Part shown: piece after piece, positions 18,358-26,878 of the stretch
Layout of the letters: each line of letters starts with the position of its first letter
How positions within the stretch are numbered: the stretch's first letter is position 1
Source: Methylophaga sp.
GTDB lineage: Bacteria; Pseudomonadota; Gammaproteobacteria; Nitrosococcales; Methylophagaceae
NCBI GenBank assembly: GCA_002733715.2
Contig: NVWQ02000064.1
Span: forward strand, 1,587-65,586
DNA length: 64,000 nt
Reading direction: 5' to 3'
The notes under the pieces: model-generated
Database searches by the model: none
What the model was told of the DNA's origin: nothing
Seen by the model: only the letters and a program-made list of their open reading frames with translations
Program-made: the position numbers and the translations under genes

Positions 18358-19728
18358 TTAATTTCCTTCATTCAATACTGAATCAATATTATTTATTTCT
18401 AAGTAATAATTAAGTTGTGAGATTGTTTTCTGACTATCGACATTTATTCCCAAATAATCTATTTCAGCATCTAACACATCAATACGCGCCCGCACTACCT
18501 CAGAAAAATCACCTTCATCATTGGTATAAGCGGTAAGCGCGGCTTCTGCTTGCTCGCGAATTTTAGGCAACAACTCTTGCTCATAAAGTTGCGAGCGCTG
18601 TCCTAACCGTTCTAATTGCGCTTTGTTAGCCTGAAAAGCAGCAATCATTTTGCGTAGCAATAACCATTTTTGAGTTTTAATCGCCTCTGATTCTGAAATT
18701 GAAGCTTGAAGTTGTTTGTCTTGTTTATTTTCAGTGAATAGGGGTAAATCGAAATTAATTCCAATTGATAAAAAATCAGCTCTACTTCTACCATTAGGCG
18801 TATCAGCCCGATAGCTATAAGCCGCATTTAGTCCCCATTGTGGCTTATATTTCTGTTTAGTTAATTCCACATTAGCCTCACTCGCTTGGATTCGACTTTC
18901 AAGCGCTAAATAAGAAGGGTGCCGAACGAGGTAATTCACTAGTTTTTCTGAAAGAATATCGTCATCAAGCTCTAACAAATCAGGTTGTTTTAATACCAGA
19001 GCAGGTAAAGATTGATTGTCAGTATCGTCTAAAGAAACGTTTATTGAATCTGTATAGTGCTCAACAAACTGTCCGCTAACCCATTGAATTAACTTCTTTT
19101 GAGCAACATCTTGTTTCTGTTTTAATTTAGTAAGTCGATCGTCTAAGCGAGTAAGTTCAAGTTGGGCACGAACAACATCTTGCTGTTGGGTGCCGCCATA
19201 AGCTGAGGAGTAACTGGCTGTAGAAATTTCAAGCAACTGTTCAAATAAGCCACGATCTTGTTCAATAAGACGAATACTTTCTTTAGCATTAAACACATCG
19301 AACCAATGTGCCGCCACCTTAACAGCAATTTGTGCTTTTCTATCTTCTCGCAGATGAGGGTTTTGATTGCTTAATAATTGTAGTTTTTTACTTTGTAATT
19401 GTAATGTATCCCCCCTCGGAAACATTTGGCTGATCCCCGCTTTTAACTGAGTCATATTTTCTTGGTTATAATCAAAGCCATCGGTGGGTACGTTAAGCAA
19501 TCCAATTGATACAATAGGGTCGGAAAGCGCCATTGCTGCAATTGATTCCGACTCTAACGCTGCTTGTTTATATTTGTTTCCAACCAGCCATGGATCGTTT
19601 TGCTGAGCCTGTTTAATTGCTAAATCTAATGTAAGCATTGTATCGCCAGCATATAACGTCATACTGGTTGCTAATGACAGGAAAGCCAAAAGATAACAAT
19701 TAAACCGTATTGTGAAAGGTACGTTCAT
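18358..19728 (-). CDS. cusC: TolC-family outer-membrane factor of the Cus system
   Basis: 456 aa with a signal peptide and two tandem OEP repeats. It sits 3 nt upstream of cusB. Confidence 0.8.
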   Translation of the reverse strand: MNVPFTIRFNCYLLAFLSLATSMTLYAGDTMLTLDLAIKQAQQNDPWLVGNKYKQAALESESIAAMALSDPIVSIGLLNVPTDGFDYNQENMTQLKAGISQMFPRGDTLQLQSKKLQLLSNQNPHLREDRKAQIAVKVAAHWFDVFNAKESIRLIEQDRGLFEQLLEISTASYSSAYGGTQQQDVVRAQLELTRLDDRLTKLKQKQDVAQKKLIQWVSGQFVEHYTDSINVSLDDTDNQSLPALVLKQPDLLELDDDILSEKLVNYLVRHPSYLALESRIQASEANVELTKQKYKPQWGLNAAYSYRADTPNGRSRADFLSIGINFDLPLFTENKQDKQLQASISESEAIKTQKWLLLRKMIAAFQANKAQLERLGQRSQLYEQELLPKIREQAEAALTAYTNDEGDFSEVVRARIDVLDAEIDYLGINVDSQKTISQLNYYLEINNIDSVLNEGN

Positions 19729-19730
19729 TT

Positions 19731-19904
19731 CTATTCCTCAAATAATAAAAAGCTGTGAAATGGGATCGCTTCTAGTGTGTGCTGGTGACTATCGTTTTGG
19801 GGAGGGTGGTCTATAAGCTCTTCCTCAATATAAGGAATATGATGGTCATGTTTAACCGTATTATGGCTTACTTCTCCTTCCTTAATTCTACCACTTCTTT
19901 CCAT
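19731..19904 (-). CDS. Possible small His-rich acidic protein (57 aa) at the head of cusCBA
   Basis: My translation: MERSGRIKEGEVSHNTVKHDHHIPYIEEELIDHPPQNDSHQHTLEAIPFHSFLLFEE*. It falls below the ORF-track cut-off. Its stop overlaps the cusC RBS (GAGGAATAGaaATG). The ORF's own RBS is weak and there is no signal peptide. Confidence 0.25.
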   Translation of the reverse strand: MERSGRIKEGEVSHNTVKHDHHIPYIEEELIDHPPQNDSHQHTLEAIPFHSFLLFEE

Positions 19905-19972
19905 TGTGACTTTACCCGCTATTTATTTAGGACTAGGATAATCCCAATTTCCTGACTACTCAGTGACGTTAA

Positions 19973-19990
19973 TATTACAAATTTGTAATG
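19973..19990. promoter_or_regulatory. CusR/CopR-like palindromic box (copy 4) in the cusC / cusR divergent region
   Basis: TATTACAAA-TTTGTAATG lies 35 nt upstream of the cusR ATG and 245 nt upstream of the cusC ATG. The flank CTGAC-N6-GTGAC sits 5 nt to the left, in the same orientation as copies 1 and 3. Confidence 0.6.
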
Positions 19991-20024
19991 TGACTATTCA
20001 TCAAATATCGGGTAACCTTTAAAG

Positions 20025-20708
20025 ATGAAGTTATTAATTGTCGAAGATGAAATCAAAACAGGTGAATACCTTAGGCAAGGTTTAACTGAAGCTGGGTTTG
20101 TTGTTGATTTAATTCATAATGGCTTAGATGGTTACCATCATGCGATGACTGAATCCTATGACTTGGTCATTTTAGATGTGATGCTGCCTGATTTAGACGG
20201 CTGGCGCATATTAAAATCATTGCGTGATGCCAACAAAACGATGCCGGTATTATTTCTGACCGCGCGTGATAGCGTTGAAGATAGAGTAAAAGGATTAGAG
20301 CTAGGTGCTGATGATTATCTCGTCAAACCTTTTGCTTTCTCTGAATTACTAGCCCGCGTTCGCACTATTATTCGTCGGGGAAGCACTGACACTCAACAAC
20401 ATATTTTAACTATTGCCGATCTTGAGTTAGATTTAACGCGTCATCGTGTAACACGATCCAATCAACGTATTAATCTTACAGCTAAAGAATTTTTACTTTT
20501 AGAATTGTTGATTCGCCATAAAGGCGAAGTTTTGCCTCGCTCTTTAATTGCTTCACAAGTGTGGGATATGAATTTTGACAGTGACACGAATGTCATTGAT
20601 GTTGCTATTCGCCGTTTACGCTCTAAAATCGATGATAACTTTGAAGATAAACTCATTCATACCGTTCGAGGAATGGGGTATATGCTAGATTTACCTGATA
20701 GTATTTAA
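20025..20708 (+). CDS. cusR: Heavy-metal (copper) OmpR-family response regulator
   Basis: 227 aa with a receiver domain (phospho-acceptor Asp in [13 protein letters not shown]) and a winged-helix output domain. It is adjacent to a cusS-type kinase and divergent from cusCBA. Confidence 0.85.
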   Translation: MKLLIVEDEIKTGEYLRQGLTEAGFVVDLIHNGLDGYHHAMTESYDLVILDVMLPDLDGWRILKSLRDANKTMPVLFLTARDSVEDRVKGLELGADDYLVKPFAFSELLARVRTIIRRGSTDTQQHILTIADLELDLTRHRVTRSNQRINLTAKEFLLLELLIRHKGEVLPRSLIASQVWDMNFDSDTNVIDVAIRRLRSKIDDNFEDKLIHTVRGMGYMLDLPDSI

Positions 20709-20710
20709 TC

Positions 20711-22096
20711 ATGTCACAACCCACATCACTTACATTACGGCTCACACTATTATTTAGCATTGTTGCCACCATTGTCTTTCTTTCTTTCGGTTGGATTATG
20801 GAACGTTCTATCGAGAAACATTTTGAAATGGGCGATATAAAAGAGTTAAAACTCATATCTAATGCTGTGATACCCATATTGCAATCTGTCGATGCCAAAC
20901 AAGATGCAGCGCATCTTCAACAACGCTTTGACGACATATTGATTGGTCATCACCATCCCTTGCTTCGCATTACTGATAGCATTGGTAAGTTAATCTACAA
21001 CAGTCCAGAGTTGGACCTTACGCAAATTCCTATCCCCTTATCGACGTTACCTGAGCAACAACTAGTAAAAAAATGGCAGAATGACAATAATCATTACCGT
21101 ATATTATTTCAGCCTGCTAAAAGTAATACCGGCATGGCCTATACAGTTATGGTGGCTATTTCTACTGATTTTCATCAGCATTTTATCGCTAATTTCCGCC
21201 TTATTTTATGGGGAATGGTGTTGTTAGGTATTTTTGTAATGGGCTTAATGAGCTGGCTGGCAGTACGCTATGGCCATCGTCCTTTACGCTATATTACCGA
21301 TCAAATCAGCCATATTAGTAGCAATGAATTAAGCACGCGGCTTGATCCTCATGACGTACCCATTGAGCTCTCGAACTTAGCAACCTCATTTAATGACTTG
21401 TTAATGCGTATGGATAAGGCTTTTGATCAACTATCGAACTTTTCTGCTGACATTGCCCATGAGTTACGTACACCGGTCACTAATTTAATGACACAAACAC
21501 AAGTCGCTCTTTCTAGAACACGCAGCAATGAAGAATATCAAGAAGTGCTTTATTCTAATATGGAAGAGTTTGAACGTTTATCTCAAATGATTGCTGACAT
21601 GCTATTTCTGGCTAAAACGGACAATAAAATTGATCCGATTGAAATGGAAGATGTCGATTTAGAACAAGAAATACACAGCTTATTCGATTATTATGAAGCT
21701 TGGGCTGAAGAGAATGGCGTTTCACTCATCGTTGAAGGCAGTGTTCAACTTCAATGTAACCGTTTAATGCTACGAAGGGCAATCAGTAATCTTCTCTCTA
21801 ATGCAATACGGTATACCCGTAAAGGACAGGACGTTACTATAACGCTTAGCCAGGTTGAATACAGTGCCAGTATTGTTGTGCAAAACCCAGGCGAGCCAAT
21901 TCTGACTGAACATCTATCTAAATTATTCGATCGTTTTTACCGAGTTGATCCATCACGTCAACGCATCAGCGAAGGCACAGGACTAGGCTTAGCGATTACT
22001 AAATCAATTGTTGAAGCTCATGGCGGTAGTATTCACGCCACCTCAGACGAATCAAAAACTCAATTTCAGATCATTATTCCGATAGACTCTGAATAA
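20711..22096 (+). CDS. cusS: Heavy-metal sensor histidine kinase
   Basis: 461 aa with two TM segments flanking a periplasmic domain, HAMP, an H-box (FSADIAHELRTPVTNL), and N/G boxes (LLSNAIRYT, GTGLGLAI). Confidence 0.85.
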   Translation: MSQPTSLTLRLTLLFSIVATIVFLSFGWIMERSIEKHFEMGDIKELKLISNAVIPILQSVDAKQDAAHLQQRFDDILIGHHHPLLRITDSIGKLIYNSPELDLTQIPIPLSTLPEQQLVKKWQNDNNHYRILFQPAKSNTGMAYTVMVAISTDFHQHFIANFRLILWGMVLLGIFVMGLMSWLAVRYGHRPLRYITDQISHISSNELSTRLDPHDVPIELSNLATSFNDLLMRMDKAFDQLSNFSADIAHELRTPVTNLMTQTQVALSRTRSNEEYQEVLYSNMEEFERLSQMIADMLFLAKTDNKIDPIEMEDVDLEQEIHSLFDYYEAWAEENGVSLIVEGSVQLQCNRLMLRRAISNLLSNAIRYTRKGQDVTITLSQVEYSASIVVQNPGEPILTEHLSKLFDRFYRVDPSRQRISEGTGLGLAITKSIVEAHGGSIHATSDESKTQFQIIIPIDSE

Positions 22097-22367
22097 GCAT
22101 TGAAAGTATCTCTACAATCCTTTCTACATCGTAATCTTACCTAGATCATAATAGTAAAAATCGGCAATTTTTCTAGTAGGGCTGGCAATGTGGTTTAGCA
22201 TTGCTTGTAATTTTAGTATGAAAATATTTCACATTTCAGCTCTAATTGCTTGGTGTGATGGACCTTGAAAACCAATATAGCTAACTTATATTCAACCATA
22301 AATTATTACGCTGAACAATATATGGGGGGCTGTTAGTCAATCTACAGGTAAAAGCAGCTGAATGTGC

Positions 22368-22538
22368 CTACTGGCGACTAATCGACCCCGCTTCGCTCTC
22401 CATGTCGATCAGCGTTGGAAAATCTTCTTCAATTAACTTTTCTACCGCTTGGGTTGCTTGAAACTGATTATCAAATAGCCCTAAGATTAATATTAATCTC
22501 GGTTGCATATTCTTGAACTGTTTTTTACTTTTAGCCAT
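22368..22538 (-). CDS. Possible small ORF (56 aa) downstream of glgP
   Basis: MAKSKKQFKNMQPRLILILGLFDNQFQATQAVEKLIEEDFPTLIDMESEAGSISRQ*. A good RBS (GAAGGTGAAAAATG) precedes it. The LGLFDNQxQAxQAVEKL stretch resembles the start of YflT/DUF1269-type stress proteins. Confidence 0.3.
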   Translation of the reverse strand: MAKSKKQFKNMQPRLILILGLFDNQFQATQAVEKLIEEDFPTLIDMESEAGSISRQ

Positions 22539-22573
22539 TTTTCACCTTCAGTAATCAATAACCGTGGATATTT

Positions 22574-25099
22574 TTAGTGGTGCCATAGTATTAGGTTCTG
22601 CTCTGCTGGAATTTGTGCATCTGCGTGGTAAGGCACCACGCGTGGCGTAAACATATTTGGATCCAATCTTGTTTCAATATCAGCCTGATAACAATAACCA
22701 TGAATAGCACCGCTAATTTTTTCATGGCATTGGCATTGGATAACTAAAGGTGCATTATTTATTACCAAATCAGAATAAAGCTCCACTTGAACTTCATCTG
22801 GAGATATTTCACCTAAATAAATATGTATTTTAAATAAGTGCCCTGCATCACTTTTTGTTATCTCTAAATTGCTAAAATGAATTTGTTCCCAATGTTGTTG
22901 AAGTCTATGACTCCAGTCAAATAATTGTTTGGCAATTTCACCCTTGTTAGATTCACGCTGTTTGTATGCGACATGAGCTGGATGATAAAATTTTTCTACA
23001 TACTCGCGTACCATACGATTACTGCTAAATTGAGGAGCCAAGGTCATCAAGCTATTTCTGACAAGGCGCAACCATTGTCGAGGAATTCCTTGTGCATCTC
23101 GATTATAAAATAACGGAATAATTTCATTTTCTAGTCGTTGATAAAGCTGTTCAGCTTCGACATGATCCCAATCTAAACTAGAACCATGTTCTTGGCCATC
23201 GCCAACAAACCACCCAACATTTTCAGAAAAAGCCTCTGCCCACCATCCATCTAATTCAGATAAATTCAAACCACCATTAGCTAGAATCTTCATGCCACTA
23301 GTGCCACACGCCTCCCATGGACGGCGCGGAGTGTTAATCCAAACATCAACGCCTTGCACTAAATGCTGTGCTAGCGCAATATCATAATCTTCGAGGAACA
23401 CGACGTGTCCCCGAATACTAGGATCACTCACAAAGTCTATCCATTGCTTAATCATTAACTGACCATTAGCATCACTTGGATGAGCCTTGCCTGCAATAAT
23501 CAATTGCACAGGCCTAGTATTATTCGTTAATAAACGAATCAGCCGCGCTTTATCATGTAAAAGTAGATTAGGACGTTTATAGGTAGCAAATCGTCGAGCA
23601 AAACCAAGTGTTAAAGCGTTGGGATCTAACACCTGCTCTGTTTCATCGATTTGTTCAGGTGATGCCCCTATTTGCCCCATCTGGATGGCTAAACGTTTTC
23701 GTGCATAGTGAAGAAGATCTTCTCGTTCTTTTGTGCGTAACGTCCATAATGTCTCGTCACTAATTGCTTGAATAGAATGATGTAAGCTTTCTGTATTGCC
23801 TAGCCAGCGTTGTTTTCCACAAGCGTCAGTCCATAGTTTATCTGCCCATGATGAATCCCACGAAGGCACATGAATACCATTGGTGACATGACTTACAGGC
23901 ACCTCATTTTTTGGCCAGCGAGGATACAGATTTTTAAATAACTGACGGCTCACTTTGCCATGAAGCTCACTTACGCCATTACTACGAGCACAGCCTCTCA
24001 TGGCAAGATAAGCCATATTAAAGGGTTCAGAAGTATCGTTAGGATTTTCACGACCTAAAGCTAGAAGCTGTTGTAAAGTTAACCCTGTCTTGCTCAAAAA
24101 GTTATGAAATATTGGAAAGTATTTTTCAATCAACTGAGGTTGAAAAGTGTCAAAACCGGCGACGACCGGGGTGTGAGTTGTGAAGATATTACCTGCACGC
24201 GTTGCCCAGACGGCCTCTTGAAAAGAACACTCTTTTTGTTCCATATATTGGCGCGCACGCTCTAAAACAACAAAGGCAGCATGACCTTCATTAAGATGGC
24301 AAACAGAAATATCATCTCCTATCGCATCGAGTAGTCGCCAGCCACCAATACCTAACACTAATTCTTGTAGAAAACGTAATTCATTATTACCCCCATATAG
24401 TTTACTAGTGATACCTCGATCAAGAGGACTATTAATGGGATCATTACTATCCAGCAAATACAACTGAACTCGACCTACATTAACCTGCCAGACACGTAAC
24501 ATTAATTTTCTGCCAGGTAGGTTTAAGGTGATATATAAACACTCGCCATTTTCTTTACATAATGGCTGAATAGGTAACGTTGAAGGCTCATTGTATGGGT
24601 AAATTGCAAGTTGATGACCTTGCGCATCTAGCATTTGTCGGAAATAACCTTCTTGATAAAGTAAACCAATACCTATAACGGTCAGCCCCAGGTCGCTGGC
24701 CGTTTTAAGGTAGTCACCAGCTAAAATCCCTAAGCCTCCAGCATAAATAGGAAGTGCTTCACCAAGGCCAAATTCCATACTAAAGTAGGCAACTTTACCA
24801 ATATCTAAGTCAGTTTTATTTTCATCATACCAACTACCCGTAGATAGATAGCTTGTTCGTTCTTCAGTAAGCCGGTTTAATTCCTGACAAAATTCTTCAT
24901 CTTCAGCAAGCTGTTGCAATCGCTGTTTTGAAAGGTGCTGTAATAACGTCCATGGATTTTTAGTACGTTCCCACGTTTCCTCATCTAGCATACGCCATAA
25001 TACATCGGCCTTATGGCTCCAAGTCCAGCGTAAATCTAAAACTAAGTCACTAAGAGTCTGCAGATTTTGTGGTAAATCTGCTGGAAAAAAGAATGACAT
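22574..25099 (-). CDS. glgP: Alpha-glucan (glycogen/maltodextrin) phosphorylase, long alpha-glucan-family type
   Basis: 841 aa. Recognised motifs include LDLRWTWSH at the N-terminus, GGLGILAGDYLK, and EACGTSGMK (PLP lysine region). Confidence 0.85.
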   Translation of the reverse strand: MSFFFPADLPQNLQTLSDLVLDLRWTWSHKADVLWRMLDEETWERTKNPWTLLQHLSKQRLQQLAEDEEFCQELNRLTEERTSYLSTGSWYDENKTDLDIGKVAYFSMEFGLGEALPIYAGGLGILAGDYLKTASDLGLTVIGIGLLYQEGYFRQMLDAQGHQLAIYPYNEPSTLPIQPLCKENGECLYITLNLPGRKLMLRVWQVNVGRVQLYLLDSNDPINSPLDRGITSKLYGGNNELRFLQELVLGIGGWRLLDAIGDDISVCHLNEGHAAFVVLERARQYMEQKECSFQEAVWATRAGNIFTTHTPVVAGFDTFQPQLIEKYFPIFHNFLSKTGLTLQQLLALGRENPNDTSEPFNMAYLAMRGCARSNGVSELHGKVSRQLFKNLYPRWPKNEVPVSHVTNGIHVPSWDSSWADKLWTDACGKQRWLGNTESLHHSIQAISDETLWTLRTKEREDLLHYARKRLAIQMGQIGASPEQIDETEQVLDPNALTLGFARRFATYKRPNLLLHDKARLIRLLTNNTRPVQLIIAGKAHPSDANGQLMIKQWIDFVSDPSIRGHVVFLEDYDIALAQHLVQGVDVWINTPRRPWEACGTSGMKILANGGLNLSELDGWWAEAFSENVGWFVGDGQEHGSSLDWDHVEAEQLYQRLENEIIPLFYNRDAQGIPRQWLRLVRNSLMTLAPQFSSNRMVREYVEKFYHPAHVAYKQRESNKGEIAKQLFDWSHRLQQHWEQIHFSNLEITKSDAGHLFKIHIYLGEISPDEVQVELYSDLVINNAPLVIQCQCHEKISGAIHGYCYQADIETRLDPNMFTPRVVPYHADAQIPAEQNLILWHH

Positions 25100-25205
25100 A
25101 TAAACTCCTTAAAACAATACTGCTCTACTACGTATACCCTGCTTACCTTAACTTCTAAAGTTAACGTAATTTTATTATCATTTTATGTATAACTTAATAA
25201 AGTAT

Positions 25206-25223
25206 CTGTCATTTAGGTGACAG
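25206..25223. promoter_or_regulatory. Crp/Fnr-family-type palindrome CTGTCA-N6-TGACAG with a downstream -10
   Basis: Perfect 6-bp arms. A TATAAT lies at 25244-25249. If the TSS is about 25256, the dyad centre (25214.5) sits at -41.5, a class II activator position. A GGAGG RBS at 25262-25266 precedes the ATG at 25273. Confidence 0.5.
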
Positions 25224-25272
25224 TTGTTATCGATAGCATCAGATATAATTCAATAAACGTTGGAGGAAAATA

Positions 25273-25677
25273 ATGTTATTTGGATTATTATTCATCTGGA
25301 TCATCAGTACGGTTGGTTTGCTACTTGTCACTAAAATTGTACCTGGGGTACGAGCACACTCTATTGGTGACTTATTTATAGCAGCATTGATACTAGGATT
25401 CATCAATGCTTTTATACGTCCATTATTATGGGTGTTAACCTTGCCTTTAACTGTATTATCCTTTGGATTATTTGCCTTATTTATAAATGCCTTTATGATC
25501 CAAATTACAGCAATGATAGTGTCTGGTTTTGAAGTGGATGACTTCCCCAATGCCTTTATGGCAGCGATAATAATGGTGTTATTAGCCATTGCCGGGTTTA
25601 TTTTTGTGGAATGGTTTTTATTTGGTAGTGTATTTTGGGTTAACTTTAATACTAGTCATTTAGGTCTTGGAATGTAA
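25273..25677 (+). CDS. DUF360 / holin-4_2-family small membrane protein
   Basis: 134 aa with four TM segments. LILGFINAFIRPLLWVLTLPLTVLSFGLFALFINAFMI is typical of PF04020. A TAATG overlap joins it to ackA. Confidence 0.7.
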   Translation: MLFGLLFIWIISTVGLLLVTKIVPGVRAHSIGDLFIAALILGFINAFIRPLLWVLTLPLTVLSFGLFALFINAFMIQITAMIVSGFEVDDFPNAFMAAIIMVLLAIAGFIFVEWFLFGSVFWVNFNTSHLGLGM

Positions 25678-26876
25678 TGAAAGTAAATAAATCATTACAA
25701 ACTGTTTTAGTTATCAACAGTGGCTCATCAAGCCTAAAATTCTCACTGTTTTTAATTAAAAACCCTACCAATCTAAAGTTATTATATAAAGGCGAGATAA
25801 CACATATAGGGGAAAATAATAGCTCGTTTTCTGTTCACGACAACGAAACCCAGACAATACATCGGGCAATTGATGCCAACGATCATAAGCAGGCACTACA
25901 GCAATTTTTCCATTGGTTTAACAACGATACGCAATCATTAGAAATTGTAGCTGTAGGCCACCGTATTGTTCATGGTGGAATAAAGCTTCACCAACCAACA
26001 TTACTTTCAGAACAGGTTATTGATTACTTAAAAACACTGATCCCCTTAGCACCAAACCATCAGCCTGCCAATTTACAAGCTGTAGATTTACTGAATAAAC
26101 TTCAACCTACCCTTCCTCAAATAGCTTGTTTTGATACGGCATTTCATGCAAGCAGGCCAGATGTTGAGCAGTTTTTTGCCTTACCAAAAATACCTGCATT
26201 GAAAGATATACGGCGATATGGATTTCATGGTTTATCTTATGAATATATTGCCTCTGTATTGCCAGATTATCTAGGTGAACAGGCTCAAGGAAAAATCATT
26301 GTGGCACATCTAGGCTATGGAGCCAGCTTATGTGCAATTAAAAATCGTCGTAGTATGGCGACAACGATGACGTTTACTCCCTTAGACGGTATTCCAATGG
26401 CAACGCGTAGTGGCTCCATTGATCCCGCAGTTGTTTTGTATCTACAGCAACAAGGTATGACAAATCAGCAAATTTCAGATTTATTATATTTTCAATCAGG
26501 TTTATTAGGCGTTTCAGGCATCAGTGGCGACCTTCAAACCTTATTGAACAAACCTACACCAGAATCACGCTTTGCTATTGAATTATTTATACACAATATA
26601 GTACGCGCTATTGGTTCATTGGCAGCCACACTAGGTGGGCTAGACGCACTGATCTTTACAGGTGGAATAGGTGAAAATGAAATTGGCATCAGGGCTGCGA
26701 TTGCTGAAAAATGTAAGTGGCTTGGATTGAAGATAAATGCAGAAAGTAATGAGCAAAACAAACCTTGTATTTCACATCAAGATAGTAAGCTATCTGCTTG
26801 GGTAATAAGAACAAATGAAGAGTTAATCATTGCTCAATACACGCTTGCCACATTAAATAAACACGATAAGGATTAA
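25677..26876 (+). CDS. ackA: Acetate kinase
   Basis: 399 aa with [21 protein letters not shown], and the FHGLSYEY and TGGIGEN motifs. Confidence 0.9.
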   Translation: MKVNKSLQTVLVINSGSSSLKFSLFLIKNPTNLKLLYKGEITHIGENNSSFSVHDNETQTIHRAIDANDHKQALQQFFHWFNNDTQSLEIVAVGHRIVHGGIKLHQPTLLSEQVIDYLKTLIPLAPNHQPANLQAVDLLNKLQPTLPQIACFDTAFHASRPDVEQFFALPKIPALKDIRRYGFHGLSYEYIASVLPDYLGEQAQGKIIVAHLGYGASLCAIKNRRSMATTMTFTPLDGIPMATRSGSIDPAVVLYLQQQGMTNQQISDLLYFQSGLLGVSGISGDLQTLLNKPTPESRFAIELFIHNIVRAIGSLAATLGGLDALIFTGGIGENEIGIRAAIAEKCKWLGLKINAESNEQNKPCISHQDSKLSAWVIRTNEELIIAQYTLATLNKHDKD

Positions 26877-26878
26877 CA

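Noticed and set aside
25239-25589. 116-aa minus-strand ORF opposite the DUF360 gene
   Set aside because: The plus-strand frame has the PF04020-like four-TM pattern, a GGAGG RBS and translational coupling to ackA. The minus frame has none of these.
25273-25677. Holin-family label as evidence for a prophage
   Set aside because: There are no phage structural, lysis, integrase or repressor genes anywhere in the window. The gene is the first cistron of a metabolic operon.
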